From positions 120,975-184,974 of the forward strand of contig JAGNHB010000003.1 in assembly GCA_018001935.1 (NCBI GenBank): a DNA stretch of 64,000 nucleotides, in the 5' to 3' direction. A model generated the notes under the pieces. That model had not been told where the DNA came from. It made no database searches and was given only the letters and a program-made list of their open reading frames with translations. The DNA is from Acidobacteriota bacterium (GTDB lineage: Bacteria; Acidobacteriota; JAAYUB01). A program made the translations under genes and the position numbers. The first letter of the stretch is position 1. Each line of letters starts with the position of its first letter. This document shows, piece after piece, positions 56,869 through 64,000 of the stretch.

Positions 56869-57061
56869 ACGGAGAGCGCGAAAAGGGTCGGGGAAGCGAA
56901 AGGCCACGGGGGCATGCGCCGCCCCGGTTCCCAAAGACGACCCGCTCCCCGGTGGAGATTCGACATTGGTAACGGGGGCGGCCGCCCGGAAACCCGTCAG
57001 CGCCGCGCGCGTGAGCAAGCGATTAAAGATCTGACCTTTACCACTCCCTCACGGTCGTGGC

Positions 57062-59515
57062 TCAGATGTTGCAGCGGTTGTGCAGGACCGTCACGAGGTC
57101 CCGGGCGGTCACCCGGCCGTCGCCGTCCACATCGCCGCAGAACCAGCCGCAGGGGAGCTCCCACAGCCTCCCGGAAAGATAGGCGGCCAGCAGGAGCACG
57201 TCCTGGGCGTCCACCACGCCGTCACCGCTCAGGTCGCAGCCCGCCGGGTCGTCGTTGTCCGTGATGGTGCAGTGACTGGTTGAATCGGCGATGGTGGCGT
57301 TGACGGGGTTGTGGACATTCAGGACGAAGTTTTCGTCGCTCTCGTCGAGGGTGTCGCCCTTCACCGCCACGGTGACGGTTTTCGACGTCTGGCCGGGCGT
57401 GAAGGTGAGGGTCTGGGTGAGCGCCGTGTAATCGTCCGGCTGCACGGCGGTCCCGTCGGAGGTGTACACCTCCGCGCTGACCGTCTTCCCGGAGGCGGCC
57501 AGCAGGTTCACCGTGAAGACGGCGTTCACCGTCGCCCCGTCCCCCTCCGTGACCGTGATGTCCGTCCCCATCATGAGGACCGCCTGCGGATCGTTGTCGT
57601 TGATGGTGCAGACTCCCTGGGCGTCCCCCAGGGGGGCGTTGACGGGGTTGGACAGGTCGACCCGGAAGGTCTCGTTGTCCTCGTCCAGCGTGTCGCCCGC
57701 GACCGGCACTTTCACCGCCTGGGCGAACTGCCCCGGCGCGAAGCTCAGGGTCCCCGAGCCCGCGGTGTAATCGGACGGCTGCAGGGCCGTCCCGTTCGCG
57801 GTGGCCCAGTCCACCGTGACGGTGTTGGGGCTGGTGGCCGCCAGGGTCACCACGAAGGTGGCGTCCTGCGTCCCCGCGTCCGTTTCCGTCACCGTGACGT
57901 CCCCGATGGAGACGGTCGGGGGCCCGTCGTCGTCGAGGATGGTGCAGCGGGTCGTGGAGTCCGCGATCGTGGCGTTGACGGCGTTGCGCACGTTCAGGTC
58001 GAAGGTCTCGTCGTATTCGTCCTTGTAATCCCCGGTGACGCTCACCGGGACTTGCTTGCTGGTCTCCCCCGGGCTGAACGTCAGGGTCTGGACGAGGGCG
58101 GTGTAGTCGTACCCGTGAAGGGCCGTGCCGTCGGTCGTGTAGACCTCCGCCGTCACCGTCCGCCCCGACGGGCTCAGCAGGTTGACGGTGAAGGACGCGA
58201 CGGCCGTCTCCCCGCCGGCGCCTTCCGTCACCGAGAGGTCCGTGCCCATCATGATCACCGCCAGGGGGTCGTTGTCGGTGATGGCGCACGTCCCCCGGCC
58301 GGTCCCGATCTCCGCGTTGACGGGGCCCGACAGGTCGAGGTGGAAGACCTCGTTGTCCTCGTCCAGGGTGTCCCCTTTCACCGCGACGGTCACCGTTCTG
58401 GTGGACTGGCCCGGGGTGAAGGTCAGCGGCCCCGACGCCGCCGTGTAATCCGCCGGCGAGACCGCCGTGCCGTTGACCGTGGCGTAGTTCGCCGTCACCG
58501 TGTTCGAGGAGGTCGGCGACAGGGTCACCGTGAAGGAGGCGTTGACGGTGCCGCTGTCCCCCTCGGAGACCGTCACGTCGCTCACGTACAGTTTCGAGGT
58601 CCCATCGTCGTCGGTGATGGTCCCCACGCCCTGGGCATCCGTGATCTGGGCCCCGGAAGCCCCCGACAGGTTGACGAGAAACGTCTCGTCGCTCTCGCTC
58701 ACGGTGTCGCCGTTGACGGCGACGGACACCGTCTTGCTCCCGTCGCCGGCGCTGTAGGTCAGGGTCCCGGAGCCGCTGGCGTAGTCGCCGGGCTGGCCGG
58801 CCGTCCCGTTGGCCGTGGCCCAGTTCACGGTGACGGTCTGCCCGGTGCCCGGCGCGGGGCTGCAGCTCACCGTGAACACGGCGCTGGTCGTGCCCGAGTT
58901 CCCCTCCTTGACGGACACGTCGCTGAGGGAAAGCTCGGGGCGGTACACCGTCACCCGGACCTGGAACGTCCCGCTGTTGGGCGTGCTGGCGCAATCGTTG
59001 ACGCCCAGGTACAGGGTCTTGTTCGCCGTCACGTTGAAGCTCGCCCCGCCGGAACCGATGAACGTCCTCGCCGAGTTCAGCATCATGTAGAGCCCGGCAT
59101 GGCCGTTGCCGGGGAGGGGGTCCGCGCAGTAGTCGTCGCAGTCGTAGCAGATGGCCTGGTTCATGGGGTCGTCGTAGATGGCCCGGGGCAGCCCGTCGGG
59201 GTCGACGATGTAGTCTGTCGGGTTGCACGGCTTGCACTGGGGATCCGTGGAGTTGTTGAAGCAGACGTAACCCGAGATGCTGTCCACGACCACGCGGTCG
59301 CCGGCCACCAGGCTGCAGACGAGGCGCTCGTTGCCCGCGATGTCCGTCCCCTGCACGGTGACGTTGTGGATCGTCGTGCCGGCCAGGCACAAGCCCGGGC
59401 CCGGCAGGAGGAGCACGCACAGGAGAACCAAACCGCGACGGGAAACGCCCGGGATCGTCTCGCGGGAAAGGCCGTCTTTTCCCGGCGCCCTTCGCCTGAA
59501 GACGTTTCTTCTCAT
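57062..59515 (-). CDS. Large secreted Calx-beta repeat protein (six Calx-beta domains) with Cys-rich N-terminal domain and C-terminal dockerin-like module
   Basis: 817 aa; ATG 59515 with AGGAGG SD; signal peptide; six approx 100-aa repeats each with DxxE...TxxFxPG...V.V..D...E.DE.F Calx-beta signature (e.g. GDYASGSGTLTYSAGDGSKTVSVAVNGDTVSESDETFLVNLSG); C-terminus CDLSGDGVVDAQDVLLLAAYLSG...GDVDGDGRVTARDLVTVLHNRC (dockerin-type duplicated loops). Confidence 0.75.
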   Translation of the reverse strand: MRRNVFRRRAPGKDGLSRETIPGVSRRGLVLLCVLLLPGPGLCLAGTTIHNVTVQGTDIAGNERLVCSLVAGDRVVVDSISGYVCFNNSTDPQCKPCNPTDYIVDPDGLPRAIYDDPMNQAICYDCDDYCADPLPGNGHAGLYMMLNSARTFIGSGGASFNVTANKTLYLGVNDCASTPNSGTFQVRVTVYRPELSLSDVSVKEGNSGTTSAVFTVSCSPAPGTGQTVTVNWATANGTAGQPGDYASGSGTLTYSAGDGSKTVSVAVNGDTVSESDETFLVNLSGASGAQITDAQGVGTITDDDGTSKLYVSDVTVSEGDSGTVNASFTVTLSPTSSNTVTANYATVNGTAVSPADYTAASGPLTFTPGQSTRTVTVAVKGDTLDEDNEVFHLDLSGPVNAEIGTGRGTCAITDNDPLAVIMMGTDLSVTEGAGGETAVASFTVNLLSPSGRTVTAEVYTTDGTALHGYDYTALVQTLTFSPGETSKQVPVSVTGDYKDEYDETFDLNVRNAVNATIADSTTRCTILDDDGPPTVSIGDVTVTETDAGTQDATFVVTLAATSPNTVTVDWATANGTALQPSDYTAGSGTLSFAPGQFAQAVKVPVAGDTLDEDNETFRVDLSNPVNAPLGDAQGVCTINDNDPQAVLMMGTDITVTEGDGATVNAVFTVNLLAASGKTVSAEVYTSDGTAVQPDDYTALTQTLTFTPGQTSKTVTVAVKGDTLDESDENFVLNVHNPVNATIADSTSHCTITDNDDPAGCDLSGDGVVDAQDVLLLAAYLSGRLWELPCGWFCGDVDGDGRVTARDLVTVLHNRCNI

Positions 59516-59675
59516 CTTCCACCTCCTGTACCCGCGGTTGGGCCGCGGCCGGTTCCTCGCCGGGGGCGTCGGGGAAAAGGCATCATGGCGATTCCTCTCC
59601 CGGGGCCCCGTATCCGTTTTCGGCCAGTATACCAGAACCGGTTTTATTTCTGCAATTCATGCGGGAAGGGCCTGG

Positions 59676-59812
59676 CGAAAAAGGACCAAGGGACCTAAAG
59701 GACCAAAGGGACCCAAAGGACGGAGAGGGCGGAAGGGGTGGGGTCAAAGAGCCCCTCTCGACGATGCTGTCCTTTAGGTCGTTTATGTCCTTTTGGTCCT
59801 TTGTCCTTTTCA
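59676..59812. repeat. Octamer-armed palindromic element (fourth locus), short 40-bp core with its own 7-bp hairpin
   Basis: Left arm AAAAAGGACCAAGGGACCTAAAGGACCAAAGGGACCCAAAGGACGG (59676-59722); core GAGAGGGCGGAAGGGGTGGGGTCAAAGAGCCCCTCTC (GAGAGGG/CCCTCTC); right arm GCTGTCCTTTAGGTCGTTTATGTCCTTTTGGTCCTTTGTCCTTTTCAGG (59762-59812) abutting or overlapping the def stop. Confidence 0.8.
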
Positions 59813-60313
59813 GGCGGGCGCCCCGAACTTGCCGGGGTTGAAGCGGAAGGCGCCCGGGTGCACGGCGCGCTGCACGGCCAGGACGCCGTCGAGGTGGTCG
59901 CACTCGTGCTGGAGCAGTTCCGCCAGGTCGCCCTCGAGTTCCCGGCGGTGCTGCACCCATGCCAGGTCGAGGTAGTCGATCACGCAGCGCCGGTATCGCC
60001 TCACGCGCACTTCCAGGCCGGGGAAGCTCATGCAGTCATCCCAAAGTTCATAGGTTTCGGGATCGGGAAAGCTGAGGATCGGGTTGACCAGGGCCTCCGG
60101 CTCCCCCACGTCCAGGCAAACCAGGCGGACGAGCTCGCCGATCTGCGGCGCCGCCACCGCGCGCCCGAAGCCGTGCCGCCGGCGGAACGCGAGGAGCGTG
60201 TCGTGCAGGTCCCCCATCACCCGCCGGGCCAGGTCTTTCTCCCCGTCCCCGATCACCCGGCAGGCCTGGTAAAGCCGATCGTCGCCCAGCAGCAGGATCT
60301 TCTGTTCAGGCAT
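59810..60313 (-). CDS. def: Peptide deformylase
   Basis: 167 aa; motif 1 GxGxAAxQ (GFGRAVAAPQIG), motif 2 EGCLS-like (DCMSFPG), motif 3 HECDHLDG metal-binding. Confidence 0.9.
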   Translation of the reverse strand: MPEQKILLLGDDRLYQACRVIGDGEKDLARRVMGDLHDTLLAFRRRHGFGRAVAAPQIGELVRLVCLDVGEPEALVNPILSFPDPETYELWDDCMSFPGLEVRVRRYRRCVIDYLDLAWVQHRRELEGDLAELLQHECDHLDGVLAVQRAVHPGAFRFNPGKFGAPA

Positions 60314-60343
60314 CGTTACACCTCGCGATCTTGATCGGCCACC

Positions 60344-61648
60344 TCAGAATATCGGGCAGTTGTCGCCCCGGTCGCCCGTCCACAGGATCCTCCCCCAGCG
60401 ATCGACATACTTCCAACAGCCATTCTTCTTGAAAAGACCCACCTCGCCGTCGAAGAATTCCACGGTAGAGTATCGGGGCGGGATCACCCAGCGCCCCTTG
60501 GTGTCGATCAGTCCCCATCGACCCCCGATGCCTTCTTCGACGCTGATAGCATCGCAAACGGAGGGTTCAATCCCACCAATGTTGACCAGAGCGTATCCTT
60601 CCTGGAAACTCTGATGGCCGTGGAACCGCGGGGAGATCAACCACTTCCCTCGAGGGTCCACAACTCCCCAACGACCACTCTGCTTCACCCAGGCCCTGCC
60701 GCCGGAAAAATCTTCCACCTCACTGAATCGAAAGGGGATCCGGAGTTCACCGGAAGGGTCGACACATCCCCATCCCTTTCCGTCCCAAACCCAGGACAGG
60801 CCTTCGTGAAAAAGTCTTGACGCCTTGAATGAGGGGGGGATGACAACCTTTCCTTTGCGATCGACGGTGCCCCATCGACCTTCAGTAAGAACCCACGCGA
60901 AGCCCTCGGAGAAGAGTTCGGCTTCCTGGTATTGCGGGAGAATCGCCCATTGCCCAGTCTGGTTCAGATAACCCCAAAGACCATTTGAACGGACAGCGGC
61001 GAGTTCCTGAAAATATGGTTTTGCAAGGTCGATGTCGGGGGTGTTCAGGACGATCCCTGAAATATGCACAAATCTCGGTATTCCCTGCCTGTCTTTCAGC
61101 AGGCAATAGTCGCCATGCATGAAAAAGTCGACGTTATACACCTGGTACTGCATAGGTATGATGGCCTCGCCACTTTTGTCTATAAAACCGCCACCTTGGG
61201 CTGTGCCCACCCAGGCTCGATTCTTATAGAAAGAGCAGGCGCTCTGAAAACGGGGAGAAATTGGCAGATTCCCAGCTTTGTCCATGAATCCTATCAGACG
61301 ATCGGGTCCTTCAAGGTCGCGAACAATTGACATCCCGTTCAGAAAGCCCATGATCTGATAAGGTTGGGGAGAGATCACCATCCGTCCCGTCCGGTCGATG
61401 GCGCCCCAGAGCTTGCCGACCTTCACCGGGGCCAGCCCTTCGGAAAAGGCGGAGGCCGCGTCGTACGCCAGGGGAATGACCACCCGGCCGGTCCGGTCGA
61501 TGAAGCCGCACTTCCCTTGGTTCCGAACCAGATACAGCTTTTCTTCCGGTGCGGCGCCCGTATCCCCCGCCGCGGGGAGCAGACCGGTGATGGCGTTCAG
61601 GAAGAAGAGGAAGACCAGGGCGAGTGTTTTCATCCTCGACACCTTCAT
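60344..61648 (-). CDS. Secreted WG-containing repeat (KWG) beta-propeller-like protein
   Basis: 434 aa; signal peptide; about 10 repeats of G..D..G...IPP.Y....F..GLA.V...G.WG.ID.KG (e.g. KCGFIDRTGRVVIPLAYDAASAFSEGLAPVKVGKLWGAIDRTG). Confidence 0.6.
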   Translation of the reverse strand: MKVSRMKTLALVFLFFLNAITGLLPAAGDTGAAPEEKLYLVRNQGKCGFIDRTGRVVIPLAYDAASAFSEGLAPVKVGKLWGAIDRTGRMVISPQPYQIMGFLNGMSIVRDLEGPDRLIGFMDKAGNLPISPRFQSACSFYKNRAWVGTAQGGGFIDKSGEAIIPMQYQVYNVDFFMHGDYCLLKDRQGIPRFVHISGIVLNTPDIDLAKPYFQELAAVRSNGLWGYLNQTGQWAILPQYQEAELFSEGFAWVLTEGRWGTVDRKGKVVIPPSFKASRLFHEGLSWVWDGKGWGCVDPSGELRIPFRFSEVEDFSGGRAWVKQSGRWGVVDPRGKWLISPRFHGHQSFQEGYALVNIGGIEPSVCDAISVEEGIGGRWGLIDTKGRWVIPPRYSTVEFFDGEVGLFKKNGCWKYVDRWGRILWTGDRGDNCPIF

Positions 61649-61965
61649 TCCCCTGGGGGGGCGAGGCGAAGTCGGAGGAGCGTCCGGGCCAGCCGGTAGA
61701 TATCGCTCCGGTCGCCTTCTTTCCTCCGCCCGACGGCCACCCCCGTCACGGTGGCGCCCTCGATCCGGTAGAGGATGCGGTATCGCTGACCCGCCGCCCG
61801 GACGCTGCGCAGCCCACGCAGTTCGCCGTGAAGCTCCTTGCCCTGCTGCCCGGGGTTTTCCGCCAGGCGGTCGATGCGCTTGACGAGAAGCCCGCGGACC
61901 CGGCGGTCCTCGATCCGGCGGAGTTGGTCCAGGGCGGTCGGGGTGATCTCGACCGTGTATCTCAC
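61645..61965 (-). CDS. Type II toxin, RelE/ParE family
   Basis: 106 aa; MRYTVEITPTALDQLRRI...GELRGLRSVRAGQRYRILYRIEG..VTGVAVGRRKE (RelE/ParE fold signature, conserved R/Y); 4-nt overlap with upstream antitoxin gene. Confidence 0.7.
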   Translation of the reverse strand: MRYTVEITPTALDQLRRIEDRRVRGLLVKRIDRLAENPGQQGKELHGELRGLRSVRAAGQRYRILYRIEGATVTGVAVGRRKEGDRSDIYRLARTLLRLRLAPPGE

Positions 61966-62237
61966 TTTTCCAACTCTCCGCGGGCGGCTTCCCAGGAAAC
62001 GGCCTTTCCTTCCCGGACCTCCTTCAAGCTATTTTGAAGGGCTTGCATGGCCGGTTCGTCTCCGAGGATCTCGAGGGTCTCGGTGAGGGATTCGAAAAAG
62101 TCCCAGGAGAGAATGGCCAGCACCGGCCTGCCCCGTCGGGTCACGGCCACAGCGGTTTCCGCTCCTTCCTCCGAAAGAGATTCCGGGAGGGAGGTCAACT
62201 TGTTCCGGGCTTCCACCATCGGCATCGTCAGCGTCAA
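61962..62237 (-). CDS. Type II antitoxin, Phd/YefM family
   Basis: In ORF 61962..62351; likely TTG start 62237 (GGAGG + 6 nt) or ATG 62225; MPMVEARNKLTSLPESL...VAVTRRGRPVLAILSWDFFESLTETLEILGDEP typical Phd/YefM. Confidence 0.65.
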   Translation of the reverse strand: MTLTMPMVEARNKLTSLPESLSEEGAETAVAVTRRGRPVLAILSWDFFESLTETLEILGDEPAMQALQNSLKEVREGKAVSWEAARGELEK

Positions 62238-62371
62238 GATCCACCTCCAAACGTACATCTCACTGTACAGTATACCGCGCTTCGGTGCGCGTGACACCGA
62301 AAAAGTAACAGCCGGTATCGTAACCGGCACTTCTTTCAGGCTACCGTACACCCTTTCAGGAAATGACTGAT

Positions 62372-62432
62372 TTTCGTGTATTCCGTGTATTTCGTGGTCT
62401 ATTTCGTGGTCTATTTCGTGGTCAGTTCTCTT
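62372..62432. repeat. Solo tandem decamer array (TTTCGTGTAT / CTATTTCGTGG units, five units)
   Basis: TTTCGTGTATTCCGTGTATTTCGTGGTCTATTTCGTGGTCTATTTCGTGG; same unit family as 37383-37408. Confidence 0.7.
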
Positions 62433-62445
62433 CGGTCCCCGCTTC

Positions 62446-64000
62446 TCAGAAGTCGATCTCGAACTTGCCCCGGAAGGTGCGGCCGATGCTGTTGTAGAAG
62501 GTCCCGTAGGTCGGGCTGTCGAGGTTGTTCTGGACGTCCCGCGGGTTCCAGTGGTTGGTGATGTTGAAGATCTTCACGCCGATGCGGCAGTTCCACTTCT
62601 GTTTCAGGAACTTGATCTTCACCTTCTTCACGATCTGCACGTCCAGGGAGAGGAAGCGGGGGAAGCGGCCCGCCTCGTTGCGGGGGCCCACGAAGTCCTG
62701 GTCCTCGTTCACGTTGGAGTACGGGAAGCCCTTGCGAAGGTCCAGGACCGGGTAGGCGATGATCCCCCAGGGGAAAGAGATGCTCCCGCTGACGAGGAGG
62801 CGGTCCGGCGTGTCGTGGGGGAGGGGTCCGTACTCGTCGGGGCGGACCACCGGGTAGCGGTAGTTGCCCAGGAAGAGTTCGTAGCTGTTGAGGTTGCCCT
62901 TGGCCGAGGAGTGGACGTAGGAGACGGAGGCGTCGAAGCGCTCGCCCAGCTGGTACTTCACGCTGAAGAGCCACTCCCGGTAGTTCTGGTCCCCCGCGTT
63001 GGCCAGGACCAGTTGCGGCGTCGGCGAGGTGACGGGGTTCAGGACCAGGTCGTCGTGGGTCCGCCGCCACTGGTAGCCCACGCGGGCCAGCAGCCCCGGG
63101 AGGATCTCCCGGTCGATCTCGACGTTCCACTGGAAGGCGTAGGGGTTGCGGATCCGGCCGTCCCGGATCACGTTGGCGTAGGTGAGGGGAGTCCCGATGA
63201 GGGTGTGGCCGTCCGGCCCGAAGGTCGTGACGCGCATCTGCTGGTACTGGTCGAAGACGGCGGTGCTCAGCGGGATCTTGTCGTAGAAGAGCCCGCACCC
63301 GGCCCGGATCACGGTTTTCGTGCTGGAGGGGACCGGCAGGAACGAGACGCCGAAGCGGGGCGCCACGTTGACGCGGCGGGCGATGCTGTCCCAGTCGAGG
63401 CGGACGCCCAGGCTCAGCGTCACCGGGGCGCCGATCTGCCACTTGTCCTGGAGGAAGGTGGTGAGTTCCCAGGCCTTCTGCTCGAGGCCGGTGCCGCCGA
63501 GGTAGTCCAGGATCTGGGACCGCGTGCCGTTCTCCCGCAGGATCTCCACGGGGCGGCGGCGGTCGTCGCCGTCGTACTTCAGCCGGGAGACGACGTAGCC
63601 GGCCTTGAGGTCGTGGAGCCCCTTCCAGCGCCGCTGGGTGAAGGTGTAGGTCTGGGACAGCTCGTAGCGCCGGCTGTAACGGTCCTGGTTGTTGTAGTAG
63701 CCGCCCTCCCACCCCTCGGGGGTGATGACCATGGGCGCTTCCACGTTGGGGTAGATGTGGGCGTCGTACTGCTTGATGCTGAAGTTGGTCTCCAGGAGGG
63801 AGGAGCCGCCGACGATCCAGTTGTCGCTCAGGGCCAGGAAGAAGCCGCGCTGGCGGAAGTTCGGCGTGACCTCCTGGGGGTGGAAGGTGTCCAGGTTGAC
63901 CCACTTGAGGTTCTGGGGGTAGACCGAGAAGATGGAGGAGAGCCGGTGGGTGGCGGTGGGGGCCCAGTCCATCCGGGTGAAGGAGTCGAAGGTCTCCAGC
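62446..64000 (-). CDS. Outer-membrane beta-barrel protein (TonB-dependent-receptor-like barrel), 5' end outside the window
   Basis: Minus-strand ORF ending at 62446 with C-terminal ...FRGKFEIDF (terminal Phe of OM beta-barrels); alternating amphipathic beta strands rich in Y/G/N; the listed start at 63972 is likely internal because the frame stays open to the window edge. Confidence 0.5.
   Translation of the reverse strand, partial: LETFDSFTRMDWAPTATHRLSSIFSVYPQNLKWVNLDTFHPQEVTPNFRQRGFFLALSDNWIVGGSSLLETNFSIKQYDAHIYPNVEAPMVITPEGWEGGYYNNQDRYSRRYELSQTYTFTQRRWKGLHDLKAGYVVSRLKYDGDDRRRPVEILRENGTRSQILDYLGGTGLEQKAWELTTFLQDKWQIGAPVTLSLGVRLDWDSIARRVNVAPRFGVSFLPVPSSTKTVIRAGCGLFYDKIPLSTAVFDQYQQMRVTTFGPDGHTLIGTPLTYANVIRDGRIRNPYAFQWNVEIDREILPGLLARVGYQWRRTHDDLVLNPVTSPTPQLVLANAGDQNYREWLFSVKYQLGERFDASVSYVHSSAKGNLNSYELFLGNYRYPVVRPDEYGPLPHDTPDRLLVSGSISFPWGIIAYPVLDLRKGFPYSNVNEDQDFVGPRNEAGRFPRFLSLDVQIVKKVKIKFLKQKWNCRIGVKIFNITNHWNPRDVQNNLDSPTYGTFYNSIGRTFRGKFEIDF

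Overview
This is a GC-rich window (roughly two-thirds to 70% G+C by eye) from a didermic bacterium, judged from RND/OMF efflux genes, lipoboxes and an outer-membrane beta-barrel. No rRNA or CRISPR is present, and there is one tRNA-Ser. The six-frame ORF track is badly polluted by long spurious ORFs typical of high-GC DNA; several true genes are missed or mis-started, and these were re-derived by hand from motifs.

Gene content, in order:
- A truncated dimodular NRPS (C-A-T-C-A-T-R, starter C domain, terminal thioester reductase) on the minus strand, translationally coupled to an upstream MFS exporter.
- A divergently transcribed RND tripartite efflux set, in the unusual order MFP-OMF-RND.
- A low-GC islet carrying a TerB-like gene and a small secreted protein.
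- An ECF sigma factor, a zf-HC2 anti-sigma factor and a secretin-N (NolW-like) periplasmic protein.
- A free GAF (fRMsr-like) gene, a HAD-like gene, and a metB-lysC-asd operon.
- An envelope cluster: tandem OmpA-domain protein with a (GK)n tail, NlpC/P60 lipoprotein, DUF350 protein.
- A serine-palmitoyltransferase-like alpha-oxoamine synthase coupled through an ATGA overlap to an SDR epimerase-family reductase.
- A secreted amidohydrolase, a secreted tandem cyclophilin, and TPR and lipoprotein genes.
- A TetR-regulated HlyD plus two ABC ATPases plus two ABC-2 permeases (YbhGFSR/CecR-like, with the ATPase split into two genes).
- A DRG/TGS GTPase, dnaJ-prmA, a SAM methyltransferase, and tRNA-Ser(GGA).
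- A zinc-ribbon membrane protein and a DUF4143-type AAA ATPase.
- A Reg_prop/Y_Y_Y sensor histidine kinase with no receiver domain and no partner regulator nearby. Downstream lie a YVTN beta-propeller protein with a dockerin, a Tat-exported QueG/RdhA-like 4Fe-4S protein, and a six-domain Calx-beta protein with a dockerin.
- def, a WG-repeat protein, a RelE/ParE-Phd toxin-antitoxin pair, and a truncated outer-membrane beta-barrel at the window end.

The most unusual signal is non-coding. Intergenic spaces are populated by several families of palindromic elements:
- Elements whose inverted arms are tandem degenerate octamers (AAAGGACN)n. Four loci, with cores of about 40, 140 and 290 bp.
- Elements with arms built from tandem decamers (CCACGAAATA / ACACGGATGG types).
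- A 150-190 bp GATTCGCG-rich element with terminal and nested inverted repeats, in three copies.
- A small hairpin CCATCRCCC-GGAG-GGYGATGG-TAC in two copies, with a compensatory base-pair change between them.
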